Assembly (NCBI GenBank): GCA_963732445.1
Contig: CAVSZJ010000003.1
Span: 1,143,639-1,207,638 of the forward strand
Reading direction: 5' to 3'
Length of the DNA stretch: 64,000 nt
DNA from: Vicinamibacterales bacterium
GTDB lineage: Bacteria > Acidobacteriota > Vicinamibacteria > Vicinamibacterales > JAMQPK01
The position numbers and the translations under genes are program-made. Shown piece after piece: positions 17,945-28,639 of this stretch (the first letter of the stretch is position 1; each line of letters opens with the position of its first letter). Under the pieces are notes generated by a model. That model ran no database searches, was not told the origin of the DNA, and saw nothing but the letters and a program-made list of their open reading frames with translations.

Positions 17945-20246
17945 TTATTTCTGCGGCAGAGAATACGCAACCCAGCCCATTGGTGTGCCAGCCGGCGTCG
18001 GCACCGGACCCCCGCCGCGCCCGGCCGGCGCTGAGCCTGCCGCTGGGACCAGCAGGAACGTGCGGCCGTCCATCTCGTACATCGCCGGCGAACCGACGAA
18101 GTTGCCTCCGAAGCGCGACGACCACACCTGTTTGCCGGTCTCGCTGTCCCACGCTCGAATCTGATTGTCACGGCCGGCGCCGAACACCAGACCCGACTCG
18201 GTGACGATGATGCTGTTGCGCATCTGAGGCACGCCCGTTCCGGTGACACCACGCTCCACCAGCGAGGGATCGTCGCCGAATCCGACGCGCCACTTGATCG
18301 CCGGCACGTTCAGGTCGTATTTCACGATCGTCGTGAAGGGCGGCTTCATGCGGGAGCCGATCGTTCCGTATTCGTTGATCACCAGGCGTTCGGTTTGAGG
18401 CCCCCCTTCCGGATACGGCGGCGCCGCACCGCGACCGCGCCCGCCTGGAGGTTCCGGACGCGTCCACGCCGAACCAGATCCGGCAATCAGCTCGGGTGGC
18501 GCGCCTGACGGGACCGGGCCTGTGCCGCGGCCTCCCGGACCCGCACCGCGGGCTGGGCCGGGCACCGCGGTGAGATACCTGATCAGAATGTCCGCATCGG
18601 CGGCGCTGAGATGAGAGAACGGAGGCATTTGGCCCTTGCCCGTCTCGAGAACGGTGCGAATCGCCACTGCACTGAACCGCGAGGCACCGGCCACGATGGC
18701 GTTCGCTGGATCGGCGTTCGCGTAGACGAGCGGCACAGCCTCACCGGTTCCGAGCCGATCCACCCCGTGACACTGCTGGCAATGCTGCTGATAGAGCAGT
18801 TGTCCCGGGGGGCCGAATCCTCCCGTGCGCGCAGCGTTCTCGGCAGGCGTGAGCAGGCGGAGCATGCCGGGATTGTCCTGGGTGATCACGTAAACGGCGC
18901 CGGTCGTCGGCTCGGCTGCGGTGCCGCCGTAGAGGGCGGCACCGTTGCTGCCCGGAATGTGGACGGTGTCGGTGTGATTGATCGGCGTGAACAGCCCTTT
19001 GTTATTGGCTGCGAGGTACTCGTTGTTTGAAGCGCTCGTACTCCGCGGGCTCGAGATAGGGATTGATGTCGTCGACGCCAAACGATTGCTTGGCGAAAGG
19101 CGGCGGGTTGGTCGGATACGGCTGTGTCGGCCAGGTCTGCTCGCCAGGCATATCGGTCTGCGGTACCGGACGCTCTTCGATCGGCCAGATCGGCTCTCCG
19201 GTCACGCGATCGAAAACGTAGAGCCAGCCCGTCTTGCTGGCGACGGCGACGACATCACGGCTGCGCCCGTTGTGCCGGATCCTCGTGAGCTGCGGCGCTG
19301 CGTTGTTGTCGAAATCCCAGAGATCGTGGTGCACCATCTGGAAGTGCCAGAGGCGTTTGCCCGTGCGTGCGTCGAGCGCCACGATCGATGTGCCGAAGAG
19401 GTTGGCGCCGATACGATCGGCGCCGTAGTAATCATAGGTAGGCGAGCCGGTCGGCACGTAGGCGATCCCGCGCTGCGTGTCGACCGTCATCTCACCCCAG
19501 TTATTGGTGCCGCCAATGTATTTCCGGGCGTCTTTCGGCCACGTGTCGTAGCCGAACTCGCCTGGACGAGGCACCGTGTGGAAGGTCCAAACGAGATCGC
19601 CGGTGAGGACGTCGTAAGCGCGAATATCGCCGGGCGGCGACATGTAGCCTTCACCCGGCGCGCTGCCGAGAATGACGAGGTTTTCGAACACCTCACCCGG
19701 AGTCTGCGACTGGATGTTCGCGATGGTCTCGGGGGCACGTCCGTCGATGCCGACCCTCAAGTCGACGACGCCGTTCGTGCCGAACGACAGAATCGACTTC
19801 CCGGTCTTCGCGTCCAACTCCTGCAGCAGGCTGTTCATCGCAAAGATGAGGCGCTGATCGCGGCCGTCGCGGCTTTCCCAGTACATCATGCCGCGGCTGG
19901 TCGTGCCGTTCATGTTCTCGCGCACCCACAGTTCGCGCCCTGTCTTCGCGTCGACCGCGACGATCGATCCGTTGCGCCCGCGGCCGTAAATCACGCCGCG
20001 CACGACAATCGGACTGCTCAAGGTCTCGCCGTGAGGGTACGTCCACGCGACCTGGAGCTGATTGACGTTGGACTTGTTGATCTGTCTCGACGCGAAGTAT
20101 CGCGAGTTATCCGGACCATTCCCGTATCCAGTCCACCACCTGCCCGTGGAGGACTGAGCCAGGCTCGTCGTGACGGCGGCAAGGACCGCTGCGAGTCCTG
20201 CAGCCCCTGCGAGATGTCGCCGGAATCGCCAGACAGACAGAGACAT
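17945..20246 (-). pseudogene. PQQ-dependent (quinoprotein) dehydrogenase with embedded cytochrome c domain; one frame change near 19025
   Basis: Signal peptide. Beta-propeller repeats (AVDAKTGRELW, ALDARTGKRLWHFQ, AWDSETGKQVW). Haem motif CQQCH. The junction reads EYERFKQ | NNEYLAANNKG at an AAACAA run. Confidence 0.8.
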
Positions 20247-20279
20247 TCACGAGCTCCTTCTACAGCTGCATCGGAGCGG

Positions 20280-22238
20280 CTACTTCTTCGGGCGCGCGTT
20301 GCCGAGAAACGCGAACGCACCCAGTTCGCCCGATGTCACGAGATCCATCACGCCATCCTTGTTGAGATCCACGGCCAGCACCTGCGAGCCTGCCCCCGAC
20401 TGGTTGTGCACGAGCTCGGGCGCGAACTCGGCTCCGCCAGGCGCCTGCTTGCTGCGAACCGTCCGGTAGACGTACAGCACCGGTGCGCCGTAGGGATCGG
20501 GATCGGCGTAGCTTTCGTTGTGCGAGTAATACCGTTTGCCGATCACGAAGTCCGGGATGCTGTCGCCGTTCATGTCCGCGCACGCCGAGCCATGAGGCTG
20601 CGAGAACACGACGCCGCCGGCGTTCCTGGAAGCGAAGTTGTCGGAGATCATGTGCTGCACGAACGAGATTGTCCCGCCGGCATCGCGCTTCTGCTCGAAC
20701 CACGCGAGCCCGAACACGTGCGCCTGCAGCGACGTCACGATGTCGTTGAGCTTGTCGCCGTTGACGTCGTACACGCACATCTCGGCGCCACCGGCTGACC
20801 CGCGGCCGTTCTGGCGGCCGAAGGCCTCGGGATGGTACGTCCACATCTCGGTTGTGGCCTTCGCCGGCTGCTCCCACCATCCGTAGACGTTGAGGATATC
20901 GACGCGGCCATCGCCATTGATATCGCCGGCGCCGATGCCATGCGCCGCGTAGGTTCCGGCCTCGCCAACCTGCGTCGAAAGCCAGGGGCCGGCCGGGTTC
21001 GCCGGATTCGGCTTCGCCCAGCGAACTGCGCCGGCGCTCGCGTACACGAGATCCGGCTTGCCGTCGGCGTCTACGTCCTTCATCGCCGAAACTTCGGAGA
21101 CGTTCGGCGCCGGCGGCACGACGCCGGCGTGCGAGTCCCACCGCCTCGGCTCTTCTTTCGGATTGACGTACAACCGGGTACCCGAGGTCGATGCCAGCAG
21201 CACGTCGGGCCAACCATCGCCAGTAAAGTCGCCGGCGAACTCGAGCCAGTTCGACGAGAAGCTCGTCGAGGGGTTCGTGGATTGCGCCATGTAGAACTCG
21301 CGCACTTTCGTGAAATCCGGACCGAGGAAGATGAACGGTCCCGAGACGATGTCCATGTTGCCGTCGCGGTCGAAATCCGCGGCGCCCGACGCGAACGAGT
21401 AGTAGAAGGGCGTTAACCGCAGCATACGGTAATTGGCCGATAGCTCTTCCTTGACTAACCGCTTGAGGCTCAGATCGCGATACGAGACGTCGCGGAAGCG
21501 CACTTCGCCCGAACCGCCGGCATAGATCGCAATGGGACCAAACGCGCCCACCTCGTCGTCGGCAGCGCCGCCGCCGCCGGCGTCGGTGTTCACCCAGGGC
21601 CGGAGGATATTTGCGTCGATGACCACGTCGATGTCGTTCCAGTCGTTCGGCTTCAATGCGGTGGGCTGCATCAGGTTGGGCAGCGTCGCTCCCGAAGGCA
21701 GCACACCGCGGCCGCGTCCGCCTTGCCCGCCAGCCGCGCCTGCACCACGTCCTGGCGTGGCGCCGCGCGCGGCGGCCGCGGCTGCCGCCGCTTCCGCCGA
21801 TGGCGCGATGCGCATCAGTCCGCCGCCCGGACGCAGGCGCTCGCGCGTCAGGATCTTCCCGTCGGCATCGAGCGTGACCGCATGGCCGCCGACCTCGCCG
21901 GCATCGAGCGAGAGGAAGATGCCCTTCATCCCCGTCGCCGTTTTCTCGGCGCGCAGCAGCACACCGGTGCGGCACGCGCCGACGCATTTGAAGTCGGCGC
22001 CGAACTGGACATCCTGAAATGATTTGTCAAGGACGAGCCAGCCGCCGTCCGCCGACGTGGGCGTGCCCACCAGCTCGCCGTCGATCGCTTTCCAATCGGC
22101 CGCGCCGAGCACGTGCCAGCCGGCGAGCGTGCTGCCCTTGAATGTCCAGTCCGGGACGAATGTGCTTCGCGTGCCAGCCAGAGGCACAGTCAGCAGCGCG
22201 GCGAATGTTGCTACCAGGCCGAGAAGTCTACGAGACAT
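20280..22238 (-). CDS. secreted DUF1080 (3-keto-disaccharide hydrolase-like) + FG-GAP/VCBS repeat protein
   Basis: Signal peptide. The N-terminal GWHVLGAADWKAIDGELVG...GVLLRAEK is DUF1080-like. Seven Ca-binding FG-GAP-type loops follow (DFDRDGNMDIV, GDFTGDGWPDVL, DVDADGKPDLV, GDINGDGRVDIL, YDVNGDKLNDIV, ADMNGDSIPDFV, VDLNKDGVMDLV). Confidence 0.75.
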   Translation of the reverse strand: MSRRLLGLVATFAALLTVPLAGTRSTFVPDWTFKGSTLAGWHVLGAADWKAIDGELVGTPTSADGGWLVLDKSFQDVQFGADFKCVGACRTGVLLRAEKTATGMKGIFLSLDAGEVGGHAVTLDADGKILTRERLRPGGGLMRIAPSAEAAAAAAAARGATPGRGAGAAGGQGGRGRGVLPSGATLPNLMQPTALKPNDWNDIDVVIDANILRPWVNTDAGGGGAADDEVGAFGPIAIYAGGSGEVRFRDVSYRDLSLKRLVKEELSANYRMLRLTPFYYSFASGAADFDRDGNMDIVSGPFIFLGPDFTKVREFYMAQSTNPSTSFSSNWLEFAGDFTGDGWPDVLLASTSGTRLYVNPKEEPRRWDSHAGVVPPAPNVSEVSAMKDVDADGKPDLVYASAGAVRWAKPNPANPAGPWLSTQVGEAGTYAAHGIGAGDINGDGRVDILNVYGWWEQPAKATTEMWTYHPEAFGRQNGRGSAGGAEMCVYDVNGDKLNDIVTSLQAHVFGLAWFEQKRDAGGTISFVQHMISDNFASRNAGGVVFSQPHGSACADMNGDSIPDFVIGKRYYSHNESYADPDPYGAPVLYVYRTVRSKQAPGGAEFAPELVHNQSGAGSQVLAVDLNKDGVMDLVTSGELGAFAFLGNARPKK

Positions 22239-22360
22239 AGTCGCCTCCAGGGGAAAGTGTGACGACTATAATCGACTATCGATGGAAAGTGGCAACCCGG
22301 GTGGTCGCGCCTGCTCCTGGGGCGGCCCGACGGTCTGCGTTTCGGTTTAAACTCGCAGTG

Positions 22361-24079
22361 ATGTCAGGTGCGGCGTTGCTGGCATGGTCTGACCAACAGC
22401 GGCGGCTGCAGCGGATCTTCGTCTCGCTGACGGTTCTCCTTGGATTGCTCCACACTTACGCCCATCGTCACGCCGCAGATCCGGATGCCATTTCATACCT
22501 TGAATGGGAGATGCGTTCATGCGCCGTGACTGGAGGATGGCCATCAACGGTTACTGGAGCCCGCTGTATCCGTGGCTGATGGGCGTTGGCCCTGCGAACG
22601 TTCGCGCCATCGCCCAACTGGGAGTATCCCGCCGCACACATTGTGCAATTCGCGACTTATCTGTGTGCCTTCGCGTCATTCCAGTTCTTTCTAAAGGAAT
22701 TCATCCACCACCACAGAATGATAGGGTTTCGGATGAGCGGTACTCACACGGGACTGCCGGTTGAGCTACTGATCGTGCTGGGCAACGCCTTGTTTCTGTG
22801 GACGTCGCTCGTCTTGATAGGGCTGCGCCTTCTCGGGCCTGACATGCTCGTCGCTGCTGTTGCTTACGTGGCGGCCGGCGTTCTGCTTCGAATTTCCAGC
22901 AACCGCGCCGACTGGCTCGCTTTCCTGTTTTTGGGCGTGGTGCTCGGGATTGGGTATCTGGTGAAAGCGGCGATGTTTCCCTTGGCCTTTGCTTTTTTGG
23001 GCACGGGCTTGACCGTCGCCGGCCCGCTGCGGAGAGAGCACTGCCGCGAGTCCTGACCGCCTCCCTCGCATTTCTGGTCGTCGCCAGTGTTTGGCTCATT
23101 CCACTATCGGTGGCGAAAAATCGTTTCACATTCGGTTCCAGCCCGGCTCTGAATTACGCCTGGGCTGGTGGTTCGTCTTCGAGCCGTCATTGGGTGGGAG
23201 GAGAAGCCGATCGCGGCATACCTACACACCCAATACGACTAATCCCCGCGGCGATTCCGATTTACGAATTCGGCACTCCGATAGGAGGAACGTACCCGCT
23301 GTGGTAAGACCTTTCCTACTGGTACGACGGTTTCACGCCTCGAATCGACGTTCGCGGACGACTGCGGCTCATACCGGGTAACTTGGCCGAGTATGGTCAA
23401 TCTCTAAGTCTCAAGGGTAGCGCGATCATCGGTTTGCTCATCTTGTCGGTCATGCGCGAGAGAACGTGGTTGGGCGTAGGCGAACTCTGGGAGTACCGGG
23501 TCGTGCTGGCGCCGGCTCTGGCAGCCTTAGCGATGTTTATGACGGTCTGGGCGATTCCCCGAATGATCGCGCCCTGGATTCTCCTGGCCTATCTAGGCGG
23601 TTACGCCAGCCGGTGGCTGCCAAACTCAACCGAAGCGAGAAGGCTTTTCCGTGCAGTAACCGCGATCGTGGTACTGATGACTATCGTTTCGCTCGTCAGA
23701 CCGACTGGACGTGCGGCGGCATCGATGCTCTCCGACTTGCGGTTCACCGAGGGAGCGACGACCAATACGCACTGGCACACAGTACAAGCTTTGGAGCAGA
23801 TGGGTCTGCGCTCAGGAGACCGTGTCGCAGCCATGCGGGTTGTCTCCTCGTCGGGTTTGACCCACTCGGTACTGGGCGCGATTGGCGCGGGTTCGAATTG
23901 TCGCCGACGTTGACGCACGTGGCGCCAAGGAGTCGCTCAGCGAGGATGCCACCATGACGGCGATTGCGTCGACCGGCGCAAACGTGATTGTTTCCGACGT
24001 GGTGCCCATCTGGTCTGATGCGGACCGGTGGCGAAAAGTCGGCAGTACTCACTACTACGCGCACTTTCTGCCGAGGTGA
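22361..24079 (+). pseudogene. large polytopic membrane protein (tentatively ArnT/PMT-like glycosyltransferase fold), read across at least 5 frames
   Basis: Consecutive hydrophobic ORF pieces 22259..22579, 22504..22764, 22586..23056, 23110..23307, 23383..23913 and 23882..24079 join sensibly (DAISYLE | MGDAFMRRDWRMAINGYWSPLYPWLMG | ...PNWEYPAAHIVQF). Visibly more AT-rich than the flanks. The functional assignment is weak. Confidence 0.4.
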
Positions 24080-24087
24080 GTGGCCCG

Positions 24088-24657
24088 CTATTTGGGAGCT
24101 TTGCCCTCGATAACGGTCTTGGTCGAGATTACGGTTCGGGGCTCCTCGATTACTTTTTCCCCTGAGACCTTCATGCCTTTCCTCAGGTCGGTGACTGAGG
24201 CCGGCTTACCTTCCACAACGAACCGGAACGACGGAGGAACGTTGTACTCCCGGTTCTCGCCGCTTGGGAGCGTGAGAATGACGTAGTTGCCTGAGACGTA
24301 CCATACCGTGCCATTGGTAACGGTCGTCGTACGCATAACGATCGGCTGCGTGGTGGTAATCGCCGTCGCCCTGAGAACCGTTCCCGGCCGCAGGTCGCTG
24401 ATGACTCTGGCTTGACCATCGACGATGAAATGCCGTCCGGGTGGGATGTCGAAGTAGCGGTACTGGCCGCTCGGTTGCAATTTGATCAGGAGCCAATTGC
24501 CCTCGACCACCACCACTTCTCCCGCGATCTGCTCAGTGGTGACCTTGGCCTCGCCTGCGGCCTTGGTGACATTGCTTGTGGTGGTCTGCGCCCGAAGTTC
24601 CACAGCCGAGGCCAACAACACCGCCAACCCGCCGATGATGAAATGCCGTTTCGCCAT
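24088..24657 (-). CDS. hypothetical secreted protein with two tandem beta-rich repeats
   Basis: GGGAG RBS before MAKRHFIIGGLAVLLASAVELRA. Internal duplication (VVVVEGNWLLIKLQPSGQYRYFDIPPGRHFIVDG vs VWYVSGNYVILTLPSGENREYNVPPSFRFVVEG). Confidence 0.5.
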   Translation of the reverse strand: MAKRHFIIGGLAVLLASAVELRAQTTTSNVTKAAGEAKVTTEQIAGEVVVVEGNWLLIKLQPSGQYRYFDIPPGRHFIVDGQARVISDLRPGTVLRATAITTTQPIVMRTTTVTNGTVWYVSGNYVILTLPSGENREYNVPPSFRFVVEGKPASVTDLRKGMKVSGEKVIEEPRTVISTKTVIEGKAPK

Positions 24658-24893
24658 TTCTTTCTCCCTTCGACGTGGCGGAGTGCAAGATGCCCGCCGC
24701 CGCGTCGGCACGTGATCGGCCGTTTCTGCTCCGAAAACGTGAGGTCGAAGCGAAGGAGTGCCGTTGCGCCACGAAATACCGTGGCTCTCTCAATCGTCAG
24801 TCGGCAATCGCATGGCTTCGGCAGCGGACACAAATATAGCTATCATCGTCGATCGGAATCCTGGTCGGACCAAACCTTGACGAAAGGAACAAC

Positions 24894-25535
24894 GTGAACT
24901 GTGCACCCGTTATCCGCGGCCTGCTCTTGACTGTGGCCGCATTGGGCGCACCGCTTTCTGCGGCGGCACAGACGCCCCGCTTCGAAGTGTCGGGAGGCTA
25001 TCAGTTTCTCAATATCTCGGCAGATTTGGAGGGTATCGACACTGGTGACATTCCGGTCCGGAATGTCGATCAGTCGTTGCCAGCCGGCTGGTACGTTGAT
25101 ATTGCCGGGAATCTGAGCCGCCATTTCGGTGTGGTGTTCGCCGCAGGCGGTAATTACAAGTCGATCACTGAATCGGCGAGCTTTGGCGGTCTTGCTGCAA
25201 GCGCGTCATTCGACTTGAGGGTGCATGAGTTCATGGGTGGGGTGCGCTACAGCAGCCGCGCGCACCGCACGGTCGTTCCGTTCGGGCACTTCCTGGTTGG
25301 CGCGATCAATGCCTCGGCGAAGGTCACAGCATCAGGCAGCGTCGCCGGCTCGCCGGGGTTTTCCTTCAGCGATGAGGCGAGCGGCACGGACGTAGCTCTG
25401 CAGGCGGGTGGCGGTATGCAGCTGCGAATCGCGAACAACTTCGGCGTTCGTGTCGGCGCGGACTACATTCGGGTTCTCGCTGTCGAGGGCGTGAATGCGT
25501 TCCGGTTGGGTGCGGGCGTCGTGTTCTCCCGCTGA
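24894..25535 (+). CDS. outer-membrane beta-barrel protein (OmpA-like barrel/porin family)
   Basis: Signal peptide ...LSAAAQT. Alternating hydrophobic strands and aromatic girdle residues (FEVSGGYQF, GGMQLRI, FRLGAGVVF). Confidence 0.6.
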   Translation: MNCAPVIRGLLLTVAALGAPLSAAAQTPRFEVSGGYQFLNISADLEGIDTGDIPVRNVDQSLPAGWYVDIAGNLSRHFGVVFAAGGNYKSITESASFGGLAASASFDLRVHEFMGGVRYSSRAHRTVVPFGHFLVGAINASAKVTASGSVAGSPGFSFSDEASGTDVALQAGGGMQLRIANNFGVRVGADYIRVLAVEGVNAFRLGAGVVFSR

Positions 25536-25611
25536 TCCGGAAGGCCATCGCCATCCTTGGCGGGAGAGCGTATTCTTCCAGGAGAGTGCGTCCCCCGAGA
25601 GGTGGAGCCTG

Positions 25612-26862
25612 ATGACAGCAAAGAGTCGATTGAGCGGCTGCGGCGTCTCGCGGCGCGACATGATCCGGATCGGCGCCGGCGGCCTCGGCTTTGGCCTTTT
25701 CGGCGGCATCGGGCCCGTCCCATTCGTCTTGAACCGCGCCAGCCTGGAAGCCGCGCAGGCGCAGTCGAATAAAATTCTCGTGGTCTTCGAGTGGTTCGGC
25801 GGCAACGACGGGCTGAACACCGTCGTGCCGTACGGCGACCCGATGTACTACAAGCATCGGCCGACGATCGGCATCAAGGAACGCGACCTGCTGAAGATCG
25901 ACGCGCAGTTCGGCTGGCACAAGTCGATGCGCGGCATGAAGCAGCTATTCGATGACGGCAAAGTCGCCGTCGTTCAGGGCGTGGGCTACGACCAGCCGTC
26001 GTTCTCGCATTTCACGTCGGTGTCGTTCTGGCACACGGCGGCCCCCAATAGCGGCAACGAGTACGGCTGGCTGGGACGGACCGCTTCCGCACTGGATGCC
26101 TCCGGCACGCGCGCCAACATGATCGTGAACATCTCCGACAGCCAGACCCTGGCGGTCAAGGGCGAAAATCACGTCCCGCTCGTGTTCATCGATCCGACGA
26201 GATTTCAACGCGGTGTGTTCGCACAGGAGAAGGCCGTGCTCGAGGCGCTGGGCGCGCCGCGCGAACCTGTCGGCGACGCGCACAAGTACGTGCTGGAAGT
26301 CACCAGGAGCGCGGCGCAGGCATCCGAGTTGGTGCGCGCCGCCTGGAGCGATTACCGGGGCAAAGACAATTCTGACCTGCGCCTGCTCGATCTGGACAAG
26401 GTGGCGGCGCTCATCGAAGCGGATTTCCCGACGAAGCTCTATTACGTGCCGTTGCGCAACAGTCTGTTCGACACGCACGTGAATCAGGCCGCGCCGCACG
26501 ATCGACAGCTCGAATACTGCGCGGATGCCGTGGCCGGATTCTTTCAGGAAATGCAGCGCGTCGGGCGCGCAGACGACGTCGTCATGTACATCCACAGCGA
26601 GTTCGGCCGGCGCGTGCCGGAAAACACCAGCCTCGGCACGGACCACGGCACGGCCCAGGTGAACTTCGTCATCGGCAACGGCGTGAAGGGCGGGCTCTAC
26701 GGCACACCGCCAAGTCTCAGCAACCTCGTGCTCGGCGACAACCTCGAGACCACCACCGACTTCCGCCAGGTATACGCAACGCTGATCGAAGGATGGCTGG
26801 GCGCCGACGCCACGAAAGTGCTGGGACAGAAGTTCGAGACGCTGAAGATATTCCGCGCGTAG
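25612..26862 (+). CDS. DUF1501 domain protein (sulfatase-fold), Tat signal
   Basis: GGTGGAG RBS. Twin-arginine motif SRRDMIRIG. Characteristic FEWFGGNDGLNTVVP and GTDHG motifs. Confidence 0.85.
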   Translation: MTAKSRLSGCGVSRRDMIRIGAGGLGFGLFGGIGPVPFVLNRASLEAAQAQSNKILVVFEWFGGNDGLNTVVPYGDPMYYKHRPTIGIKERDLLKIDAQFGWHKSMRGMKQLFDDGKVAVVQGVGYDQPSFSHFTSVSFWHTAAPNSGNEYGWLGRTASALDASGTRANMIVNISDSQTLAVKGENHVPLVFIDPTRFQRGVFAQEKAVLEALGAPREPVGDAHKYVLEVTRSAAQASELVRAAWSDYRGKDNSDLRLLDLDKVAALIEADFPTKLYYVPLRNSLFDTHVNQAAPHDRQLEYCADAVAGFFQEMQRVGRADDVVMYIHSEFGRRVPENTSLGTDHGTAQVNFVIGNGVKGGLYGTPPSLSNLVLGDNLETTTDFRQVYATLIEGWLGADATKVLGQKFETLKIFRA

Positions 26863-26871
26863 GAGGGAGAC

Positions 26872-28623
26872 GTGGCCATGAATCCGGGACCGGCGAACTG
26901 GAAGGACGACCTCGCGCCGATCACGAGTGCGGACTGGAATTACGACCGCGCCGCACACCTCCTGGCCCACGCGGGATTCGGCGGAACACCCCCCGAAATT
27001 CAGACGCTCGCCGATCTTGGCTTCGAGCGGGCCGTCCGCTCGCTCGTGCATTACGAGAGCATCCCCAATCCGAAGATGCAGCCGTTCGTCGAATCGGGGC
27101 TCTGGGATTCGACGCTGAACGGATTCCCCGAGAGCCGTCCGGAAGCGACAGATCGCGCGCTGAAGTCCGGCGCCTCCATGGGCGTCGATGTCAAGCCGGC
27201 GGGCAACCGTCCCGTGCAGGCCGTCTCCGATCGATTCTTCTACTGGCTGCGGGCGACGATGCTCGAAACGCGGCGGCTGGGGTACTGGTGGGCGAACCGG
27301 ATGGTGCAGACGTCGCACCCGCTCGAGCAGAAGATGGCGCTGCTGTGGCACGGCCATTTCGCGACCCACGAGAACAAGGTTCGCGACTACCGCAAGATGA
27401 TGCAGCAGATCGATCTGTTCGAGCGCGGCGCCACGGGCAACCTGCGCGATCTGACGATCAAGATCGCCCAGAACCCGGCGATGCTGTACTTCCTCGACGC
27501 GCAGTACAACGTCAAGGGAGCGCCGAACGAGAACTTCGCCCGCGAGGTGATGGAGCTCTTCACCATGGGCGTCGGCAACTACTCCGAGAAGGACGTGCGC
27601 GAATGCGCCCGGGCGTTCACAGGGTGGTACTTCGACAATCTGGCGTTCAAGGTCGACCCGGAGAAACACGACGCCGGCGCGAAGACGTTCCTCGGCCGGA
27701 CAGGCAGCTTCGACGGCGTCGAGGTCATCAACATCATCTTCGAGCAGCCGGTGACCGCGGAGTATCTGGCGTCGAAGATTTATCAGTTCCTGGTGCGCGA
27801 CGAGCTGTCGCCCGACCTGCGCAAGAAGCTGGGCGCGGTGCTGCGTTCGAACAACTACGACATCAAGCCCCTGCTGACGACGATCCTGTCATCGAAGGAT
27901 TTCTACAGCCAGGCGAGCTACGGCGGCCACATCAAGGGGCCGGTCGAGCATTTCGTCACGATGATCAAACACCTGGGCGCCGATGCGATTCCGGGAGTGC
28001 CGGATTTCAATCAATCGACGATCGCGATGGGCCAGCATCTGCTGAACCCTCCGTCGGTGGCCGGGTGGGCCGGCGGCAAGGCGTGGATCACACCGGGCCT
28101 GCTGATCGCGCGGGGTAACATCGCCCGTGAGGTGCTCGTCCCCGACATGACCGGCTTCCGCGACTGGAATTTCGCCGCCGGCAGCGACGGCGTGCTCGGC
28201 AGCCGATTGCGCGATGGCTATGACATCGGAGCGGCGACCGCCGTCAACGATCCCTCACGGATGAGCACGTTCGACATGGTCGCCCTGGGGCGCGACGAGC
28301 AATTCAACACGCGCATTTCGGGCTACATCGGCTGGCAGCAGGCGGCCCGCAAGCTGATTCCCACTCCACGCCAGGCGGCGCAGTTCGATCTGACCCAAAT
28401 GGTGCTGCAGGGCGGCGCGAAAACGACAGCGGAGGCCGTGGACTATTTGCTCTGGCGGATGCTCCGAGTGCCGACGGCGAAGGCGACTCGCGATGCGCTT
28501 GTGGAATTTCTGACCAAAGAGCTCGGAACGGAAAGTGTCGGCAGGTCCAGCACCTACATGGAAGACGCGCTGCGGATGACCGTGCATCTGATCATGAGCA
28601 CGCCCGAATATCAGCTGGCCTGA
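26872..28623 (+). CDS. DUF1800 domain protein
   Basis: Characteristic LLWHGHFAT, MLYFLD and ENFAREVMELFTMG motifs. Partner of DUF1501. Confidence 0.85.
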   Translation: MAMNPGPANWKDDLAPITSADWNYDRAAHLLAHAGFGGTPPEIQTLADLGFERAVRSLVHYESIPNPKMQPFVESGLWDSTLNGFPESRPEATDRALKSGASMGVDVKPAGNRPVQAVSDRFFYWLRATMLETRRLGYWWANRMVQTSHPLEQKMALLWHGHFATHENKVRDYRKMMQQIDLFERGATGNLRDLTIKIAQNPAMLYFLDAQYNVKGAPNENFAREVMELFTMGVGNYSEKDVRECARAFTGWYFDNLAFKVDPEKHDAGAKTFLGRTGSFDGVEVINIIFEQPVTAEYLASKIYQFLVRDELSPDLRKKLGAVLRSNNYDIKPLLTTILSSKDFYSQASYGGHIKGPVEHFVTMIKHLGADAIPGVPDFNQSTIAMGQHLLNPPSVAGWAGGKAWITPGLLIARGNIAREVLVPDMTGFRDWNFAAGSDGVLGSRLRDGYDIGAATAVNDPSRMSTFDMVALGRDEQFNTRISGYIGWQQAARKLIPTPRQAAQFDLTQMVLQGGAKTTAEAVDYLLWRMLRVPTAKATRDALVEFLTKELGTESVGRSSTYMEDALRMTVHLIMSTPEYQLA

Positions 28624-28639
28624 AAATGGAGGCAGCTTC

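Noticed and set aside
18978-21987. Long alternative-frame ORFs 18978..20798 (+, 606 aa) and 20260..21987 (-, 575 aa)
   Set aside because: Both overlap the PQQ dehydrogenase and FG-GAP genes, which carry strong family motifs. The alternatives are Arg-rich with no motifs.
25945-27669. 574-aa ORF on the minus strand
   Set aside because: It is antisense to the well-supported DUF1501 and DUF1800 genes. It has an Arg/Val/His-rich low-information composition typical of shadow ORFs in GC-rich DNA.
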